From assembly GCA_044892525.1 (NCBI GenBank), contig CM097885.1, forward strand, positions 238,144,001-238,208,000: 64,000 nt of DNA, given 5' to 3'. The stretch is from Schmidtea polychroa. Taxonomy: Eukaryota. Under the pieces are notes generated by a model. It ran no database searches and was not told where the DNA came from. It worked only from the letters and a program-made list of their open reading frames with translations. The translations under genes were made by a program, and so were the position numbers. Positions within the stretch are counted from its first letter, which is position 1. Each line of letters opens with the position of its first letter. Positions 55,579-64,000 of the stretch are shown in pieces.

Positions 55579-56581
55579 CAGGGCGCGCTCGATAAATTGG
55601 CAACAACTTTGCATCTCCTTATTTCACGTGCTTATTATTCATTTTTAGGAAACTTTGTGTCAAGTGTTATGATTTAGAATATAATTGTTTCATAAATTAA
55701 CTATTACAATCCGAATACGATGTTAGAGTAACCATAATTTCTGAACTATGTACTTCAATAACATCCCATTACGAAGAAGGTTTATAATGCTGATCCTGAT
55801 GTCGCTACACCAACGAGGGGAACGCATAATTACGTATCATACACTGAATCCATGAGATCAATAATGAAGATCCAAATAACTCAATGCGTTTCATAGCAAA
55901 AGAACTGCAGACGTTAAGACAGAATTAATTATAACGTGGATGAAGGAGTTGCAAATGTATGTCATATTATCTCCCAATAAGATGATGCACCAGCTATAAC
56001 ACCAAAAAGTTTCAAGGATTTCTCAGTGTCAATGTTTCGGAATTCTGACCGCCTAATTTATCTGTGGGACATCTGTGAGAGAGGTTAACAAGCAATCTCA
56101 TTCTAATAAAGAGATATTTGAAATTAAGATTAGAAACATTCCGAAGGCGAACTGTTGTAAATTGAGACTGGTTTAAGCAATTTAAAACGGTGGTTGAGTT
56201 GATCTAGTTACATAGAGGTTTGTCTCAAATGTTTCTGCCGATGAATAAATCTATCCAGAATGAAATGTATGAATTCGTGCTTAATTAAATTTTTACTGTG
56301 TAATCTGCAATAGTTCTATTATAAATATACATTAGAATTTTCAAAATTTCTAAATATAATTAATTATAAAATATTTAATTTGTATGAAATTAAAAATTAT
56401 TTAAATCCCTCATTGATGTTTATCGTGTTTCTCGCCAGTATTCGTACTGAAAATGGAGTTTTATCGAACCCTCAGTGAAGCCCAGGTTTGCCTCAGAACA
56501 TATATAAGGATATAACACTTTTACGCTATGCTGTTTTATTTTATTTTACAAGCATTTTGCCAATTTATCGCGCACACCCTG
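55579..56581. mobile_element. Tc1/mariner-type non-autonomous element
   Basis: TIRs cagggcgcgctcgataaattggcaa / ttgccaatttatcgcgcacaccctg with TA flanks. Confidence 0.85.
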
Positions 56582-56774
56582 TACACGATCGCACCGCGGT
56601 ACTTAATCGAGGACCTAATAAGCTAAAATTATTTTAGTTTAAATTTAATATTTAACGTATAATATTATTAATCATCGTTTTCAGAAAGATATACTATATA
56701 AATATTATTATATATTCGTATGTTTATGGTATGTTGAAATTGTATAATTACATTGCTCGGAATATTATCTACAT

Positions 56775-57329
56775 CAGCGTTTCCCAAAATAGGGGATCAA
56801 AAAATAAAAAAAAACTTTCTTTGACTCCCGTGCGCAGGACCTAAAATAGCTTGACCGTAATTGCTAAGTACGCTGTCATCCGATTGGCATACATTAAGAA
56901 TAAGAGCTTACAGCCTGCGCGGAGCGCTTTTTTACAATGTTCGCGATTCAGGTTTTTCAGAATCCAAACCAAAATCGTATTTTGACACTACAATAGAATG
57001 TGAACACTAATACATAACTTCCGACGTCTTATTAGGCGTATTCGACTTTGCCATACAGTTCATAAAAACATTATTAAATATTTGCGACAACATTGCTGTT
57101 TTTTTCTGACTGTTCGTTTTTTGCTTGCCCTATGGGTGTCAAAATTATTCTTTTAAAGTTGCCAAAAAGAACTCCTTTTACACCTAAATACTCCCAGAAG
57201 CGTTGGCGGCTGAATCTTCGCCCAGGCCCCCTAATCGTGCGCCTAGGCGCAAATTTTAATGACCAATGGGTCGCCAAAGATTTTTATTTTGGTAAGTGGT
57301 CCCTGTTAGCCAAAGGTTGGGAAACACTG
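56775..57329. mobile_element. hAT-type MITE
   Basis: TIRs cagcgtttcccaa / ttgggaaacactg; 8-bp TSD atctacat. Confidence 0.88.
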
Positions 57330-57859
57330 ATCTACATTATTTTCTCTACGTATATTATATTGGAAAATTGTTTTTGTTTTAATATATTTTTAAAACGACT
57401 TATGAAAAGTGAAAGTTTTAATAAGTTTTATCGTTTTACATTTGTAGGAGCTTGCAAAGTGATATTTTACCACTAACAATGTTACGAATAATGTATTTTT
57501 GCAGTATTTATTTACGTACACAAGTTTTAGCTCTTCAATAATGATTGGGCAATTAGTAATTTTATAGTATAAATCTAAATAAAACAGCTTGGAAATACGT
57601 GTTAAGTATTCCCTATTAATAATTTAAATATTATCCAAAACTATCAATGGAAAGAGTGTTCCATTTATAGACAAAACAAAATATAAAGACTTCTTCGAGA
57701 CGGACTTAAAAATTCAGTAAAAAGATCAGCTTCCGAAAGTCGTTTATTCAAAAAAACACAAACCATCTATCGACATTTAATTCGCACAAAATCTTGTTTA
57801 AATTCAAAATTATTTAAAATTTTGGTTAACTTTTAAGATTAAATTTATAACGTTAAAAG

Positions 57860-58310
57860 CTTACAAACATTAATATGAAAATTATGGAATTTAAAAATAT
57901 CGAAGGTGGAACCAAAAGACAAATATGATGAATTTTTTATTGAAGGAACAAACTTTAACAAAAGAAAGACATGGTAATTGGACTGTTACATCTATAATTG
58001 AATACGGTTATAGAAACTCTGGCTTTTTCAAAATTTAATTTTAAATTAAATTAATTTTATCCAATAAAATCACTTTAGAATGTAAAATCTTAGTTACATT
58101 TAAAATTTAAATTTATATGACAATTGAAATATCGTGAACCTATATATTGTTTTGGTCTAGTCTTACAAACATTAAAATGAAAATTATTGTATATAAAAAC
58201 CTTAAAAGTGGAAACCAAAAGATAATCATGATAATGGATTTTTGATTAAAGAAAGAAACTTTAACAAAAGAAATACATAGTACTTGAATTGATACATTTA
58301 CGATTGAAAA
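57860..58310. repeat. Degenerate tandem duplication, period ~300 bp
   Basis: cttacaaacattaa.atgaaaattat...gtggaa.ccaaaaga...actttaacaaaagaaa at 57860 and 58162. Confidence 0.75.
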
Positions 58311-59269
58311 AGACAATATAAACTGTGGTTCAGTTTATTATTATCGGAAATTATTGATTTTATGAAAATAACAAAAAAAATTTAATGTTTTTTGTACATT
58401 GATTTTGGTTTCATAATGATGTTCCGGGTTGCAATTCGAGCTAAATAATGTTTGATGAATGGAAATTAATCTCGAAGTTTTGGAATCGTATAAGATATAA
58501 TTTACAAAATTTTAAATAACCAATTTAAAACGTAAAATAAAATAAAAATAAAATAATTTAAAGTATAGAAATAAAAAGATAAATTCAAAGTTTTAATTTA
58601 ACTATTTTATATAATAAACACAAATAAATTTTGGACCTTTTGGCATTTCATTAAAGGTCTAAAGTAATTTATGTGCCTTTAAACGATTTTCGTTCTGTAG
58701 CATCTTCACTTTCAAAATCACTAAAATATCTAATCTTTTGAAAGCTATATATATATAATATATTTATTGAGTTGGATTGTTGATAGTTTTCATCAAATTT
58801 GAGCTCTAACAAAATATTGAAAATAAAATGATTTTAAAGTAACTAATTTTGCACAAAGATGAATATTTTTGGAAACAAATTAGAAAGTTATTAGTTACAA
58901 CAATCGGTTCCATCTAAAGATTTATTATTTATTTACACAGAGTGAACACTCTTAAATAGTAATGTATATTGCGCAATAACTAACATATTGTATTGGATTA
59001 CGCAATATACTCTGAACTGCTTCACATTTGGTCTTTGGCCTCTAATGTAATATCATTACTTTCTTAATGTCTGCTTATTTTTTATAATTTTTTTAAATTT
59101 TAAATTGCTAAATACCAGGTAAAACGTTGACCAAACAGTCTAGTCCGGATATAAAGACGCCTTATTCTTATTTTTAGATGATTTGTGTTTATTTTTTGTC
59201 AGTTATTGTGAACATTTTTTATTCTGAATTTTTCTATTTTATTAATTTCATTACCATTTAATAAAGATA

Positions 59270-59376
59270 CTGATCACTCTAATACAAAACAGGTTTTTTT
59301 TTCTTTACCTACGAAAGAAGAATTCGATCAAAAAGGAAGAAAAGAAAGATTATAAATTTTGTATTGGAGTGATCAG
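59270..59376. repeat. Short inverted repeat (20-bp arms), MITE-like or hairpin
   Basis: ctgatcactctaatacaaaa ... ttttgtattggagtgatcag. Confidence 0.7.
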
Positions 59377-60458
59377 GACTTAGTTTATGTCGAAATATTT
59401 CATTTTATCAATAAATATTATATTATCAAAAATTGATTCCACTACCGACAAGTTCTTAATGAAATAATAATGAAATAATATACTAATATTACTTATAAAC
59501 TGATAGGAAATCAGTCTCATAGAATTGAAACACGAGGTTTTAGATAGTTAAAAATTACATGAATAGAAATGAGAGGATCAACAAATATTCTGTTCTTTAC
59601 AAGTTATGGTATATGATAAAAATATACAAAATTTGAAAAACAGAAATATACTCTTTAGAAAAATGTTGAAAGATCCATGCTAATTCATTTGTATAATTAA
59701 GGAATGAAAACTTTAACATTTTTTCTCTTTTCATTTGATTAAATATTCCTATGATGTAATTAAGATTGGCGAAGAAAAAATATTTTTTAAATCCTTTTAA
59801 ACATTCTGAGTAGTGAATAGTAAGGACTCCAGCGCACTTTCAAGGTCATGGAATATCAAGATCAAATATAGACCAATCGAATCATTTATTTTTTAAATTA
59901 ACATTTTATTTAATTACTTCTTTTTAATTTTATTAATTAATTATTTTATTATGTTTTATTTTAATTTATTACATTTAATTAATATTATTATTATTATTAT
60001 TATTACTATTTTTTTTTAAATTAATTTATTTATTTTTTAAATTTATTTTAATTTAATTACTTCTATTTATTTATTTATTTTTATTTTATTTTTATTTTTA
60101 TTTTTTTTTCTTTTTAATTTACTTAATTAATTATTTTATTGTTTTTATTTTACATTTACATTATATTCTAACAAGAGGTAAATTATAACAATAATATTTC
60201 AATTTGAATAAAATTTTAATTAGAAATTATTTAATTTATTATAAAATAAAACGCTGAGTTAATTTTAGATAAACCGGATATTAATTTTTCGGAAAAAATA
60301 AATAAATAAATAAAATAAACACAAAAATAATATTTCTTACTTGAAACTAATTATCTAAATTAATTGGACAAATGAATAATTAAATGATAAAACACATTTT
60401 AATTAACTAAGTCAAACAATTCACAATATATATTTTATTATTCACATAAATTTAATTG

Positions 60459-63400
60459 TTAAAGTGCTTGTTTCGATTTGCATACATTTCTAGACATAGC
60501 AGTTGCAATATGCATTTGACGAATCTTATAGTGACCGTAGGCATAACTTTCATTACAATTGTACCAATACCTTTTATCGTCCAAACATTGGAGAGCTCGT
60601 TTTTCTGTCATGAAAGTATACAACTGATGATTGACACTTCCTATTCTTTTTTGTGGGATGCTCACTGTTCCACCATCAGTATACACTTTTTTATAGGCTT
60701 CATGTGTAAGATTAGAGTTTGTAAGTCTTATTCCTTTGGCTTTTAGAGTGTTTTTATCGCCTTGGAGTGAGTAGCACTTGGGTCGAAGAAACACCCATTC
60801 TTTATATTGATTTCCTTTATTCTCATCCTTAACTTTCCCGATTACAGAACAAATTTTATCTGAGAACAACGGATCGGTCACTGGATAATTTGAAGTATCT
60901 AGGAGCCCATCTTCAATCATTTTTGGATATAGTTGTAAGCGTAAATCTACATTTTTACACTCTAAAAAGAAGGAATCTGTGTCACCGGCTACGATATTAA
61001 TTTGACAATTGAATTCTTCTCTATAACTCTGTAGTTCTTTATATTGAAATTGGTACATGCGAAGTTTGGATAAATCTAGTACAGTTTGTCCAATATACAT
61101 TGGTCTATCTAAACACACAATTTCCTTATTGAGTATAACAGCAATGAGATCATCCGCAATCTTGATGCTACGACGAAACATAGGATGGCTACAATAAGTT
61201 ATCAATCTTTTGCTTTTGTTGCATAATCTCAAATTTATACGTTTCTTCAAGTTTTCCACAGTTTTACCGTATAAACTGTTGTTCTTTAACTTATAATAAT
61301 CTCGCTGAAACGAATCCGTACTAGCTGCTCTCATTTTGGTATTGTAATCAATATATCCTTTGAAAATAGCCACTTGCTTGAATTCTACAGCACGATTAAC
61401 TTTTGTGACTTTTGCGCCGTAACTCAACCACTCTGTCAAAATTCTACCATTAACTACATAGTTTTTCTTAGGCTCATGAGTTAACAACAGCTTTTCAACT
61501 TTACTACCAGGCGGATAACAAAGCTCAGGAGCTATAGGTAAATCATCTAGCTTATCTTGTATACTATCAGGAATGACGATGTCAACCTCTAGAACATATC
61601 CACGATCTCCATCAAACTCATCCCCATTTGCACATCTTTCAACAATACCATTCATTTCAGTTTGATCATTTATCCATCTAAATTCACCAATAGGAAGTTT
61701 TTGCGACAGCGCCCATCCATATAAATTATTAACATCTAGGTATGACATTTGTGTTGATTCATCAGCTTCAACATGATGTTTGTTGATAAATGTCATTCCA
61801 CCACGAATACCAGCTTCAAATAAACGGTAAAGCTCTGGATCTTGAATAAGTTCTACCGGTTCAGGTAACTGTTTAATAGCTGATGCCCAACTTAATCCGG
61901 GTATGGAAACAAACGATAGAGCCTCAAGTCCATCTTCGTCAAATGTTTTTTCTCTGAAAGCTTCAAAAACATCGGCCAACAGAAAAACATCCAACTTGAG
62001 ATATACTAGCATGTAATCTAGCAGTGTCTCACAGTTGTATTGTCGCCAGATTCGATTTGCATGTATATAATCTTCTTGACTAACTCCCTCCCAAATCGGT
62101 GGTAATTCTGTTATTGACTGTAAAACATCCATTGATGTAGCCATATCATAAGGAAAAATGGTTTTACAAGTCATCATCTGTGATTCGAAAACATCTGAAG
62201 TAAGTGGAAGACGTGGCAAGTTTTTTGATAAATTTGCCAAGCTGCTATTTAAAAATTGTAAAGAATCAATGAATCTAATTCTTCTGCCTTTCGATGTCGC
62301 TGTAAGTGTGAGAAACTTTTCTGTTGATTGAGGAATAACAATTAAATTCCAATCGGGGAATTTTCCAATTGCATATTTTAATATATGATGAATGTCATAT
62401 CCACGAAGATTATGAAATACAACAGGTAAAGACGGATTGATTCTTCTAGCCAAATTACAATCTTGACACGCTGCTCCGAGATATTGACCAGTAAAATGAT
62501 CATGATCTCGAACAGGTATATTGATAATCTTTTTACAAAGGTAGCAATGAGTTTGAGTCGTGAATTCTTCCTGCTGTTCCCAAGTGAGTTCCATCATTTC
62601 CTTTGATCCATTAATTTTATACCACGGATAAACTATGTCTGTAGCTATATCATCCAATGCTTGTATGAACTGAATGATACAGTTTTTCCCAACAAATGTT
62701 TCATTTCGGATCGGACAACCTTGATGAAGAAGCACAAATTCAGATGCAATCGGCTCATGTTTTTGGAAGTGTTTGTCATCTAGAGGTAATATTGATTCAA
62801 AGTCCGCGTAGACAACAAACTGCTGTTTTATAGTTTTACTCCAGTCTTTAAATTCGATATATTTATTCTCTGGCATAGAGTATAGAGTCGTCCGCTCCAC
62901 ATTCTTCCTACAAAGACCTATATGTCGTTCAAAAGCAGGACGTTTTTGAAACCCATGAAGACACGTATGACACCAATGTGATTGGATTCTGACTCCTTCT
63001 ACTCTATCTCTGTAATTGAGCAGTCGATCGAGATTAGTTACAGCCAAAAAATGATAATTTAATTCTAAAATTTAGTTAATATTTTTAATGATTAAAGGAA
63101 ATATTACCTTCTACAATCAATAAGAGATATATCTGAGATCCCGTCGAAGTACTTCTATATACCAAGTCAACGAACGGATTCTTGAAAATATCATTAGATT
63201 TTTGTTTAATTGGATCTTTATTATATTTGAGAACATTGATCGCTAGATTTGGATTCATTGCTTCAAATTGGCAAATGTTAACCAACTTCATGGGAAACCA
63301 TTCAAATTTCCATTTTAAGTCTTAAAAACAAAATTCAATGATTTATGACATTTATAAATATATATATATATATATTACCACTTAAGTTATATTTTGTTGT

Positions 63401-64000
63401 TCTTTCTCTATCCCGACGTATATCATCATAATGTAATACGGCCAGTATGCTATATAAAAAGCAGAATTGATCATTATTTTGAACATTAACTAAAGCCTGG
63501 CAGTTTTTCAGGTAATTTGGCGTTTTAATGTAACTTGAACCTAAGTAAATATCTTGATTTATATATATAATAATGTAAATAAACTTACCAGATACATGTA
63601 TTATGTCTGATAATTTAGTTAAAATCATAGTAACTTCTAATATTTTATGAATTCTCCACCCACTACTTTGTTGAGTGTATTTCTCCAACTTTTCTTTTAA
63701 TTTTTCAATTCCATCATTAATAAATGAAGATGACATTGTAATTGCTTTATTCGACAAACACCATTTTTTAATTTCACCATCCTCTTTGATAAACTCTGCA
63801 CAAAGTCCAAATTGGATTTTTACTGTCCCCATTCGTTGAATATGATCTTCTATTTCTTTGATGAGACAATCTGGAACAACAATGTCAGGAGAATTAATTG
63901 CAGATACATCGTTTGTCAATTCAACACGAGAACCATTTAAGTCAGACTCCCGACGTGGACACAATTGTATGTTAGAGTCTCCATTTCCGTAAAATATTGA
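60459..64000 (-). CDS. Protein-primed DNA polymerase B, copy C; motifs intact, spliced, 5' partial
   Basis: Exons 64000-63589, 63540-63379, 63320-63108, 63064-60459 joined by GT-AG introns. ExoI VVYADFES, DHDHFTGQYLGAACQDCN, ExoII FHNLRGYD, ExoIII YLKLDVFLLAD, IRGG, motif A YLDVNNLYG, motif B YKLKNNSLYGK, motif C GDTDS, LRPKCY, DDKR..GHY. Confidence 0.92.

Noticed and set aside
59105..59145. Helitron-like 3' end (..ctagt)
   Set aside because: Upstream hairpin too weak and no 5' end identified.

Overview
AT-rich eukaryotic (animal) genomic DNA, not prokaryotic. The ~43-58 nt GT-AG introns, long (ATT)n/(TA)n tracts and dense transposon debris suggest a flatworm such as a planarian (inference). 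Four spliced host genes are recognisable: CCDC142-like, MYCBP, NDUFS4 and the 5' part of TBC1D13. Between and inside them lie two decayed Ty3/Gypsy elements (one with an env-like ORF after integrase), Penelope-like, mariner/Tc1 and MULE remnants, and several MITEs with target-site duplications. The window holds three Polinton/Maverick (adintovirus-type) protein-primed DNA polymerase B (pPolB) genes. Copy A (1640-5756) is a broken, intronless gene lacking motif A, next to two virus-like ORFs. Copy B (~34650-36120) is an old relic. Copy C (60459 to the window end) keeps all catalytic motifs and its 5' half appears to be split by three host-sized phase-1 spliceosomal introns. This spliced pPolB, apparently antisense within a TBC1D13 intron, is the main candidate for a little-described system. 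All calls come from reading the sequence by eye; no searches were run.
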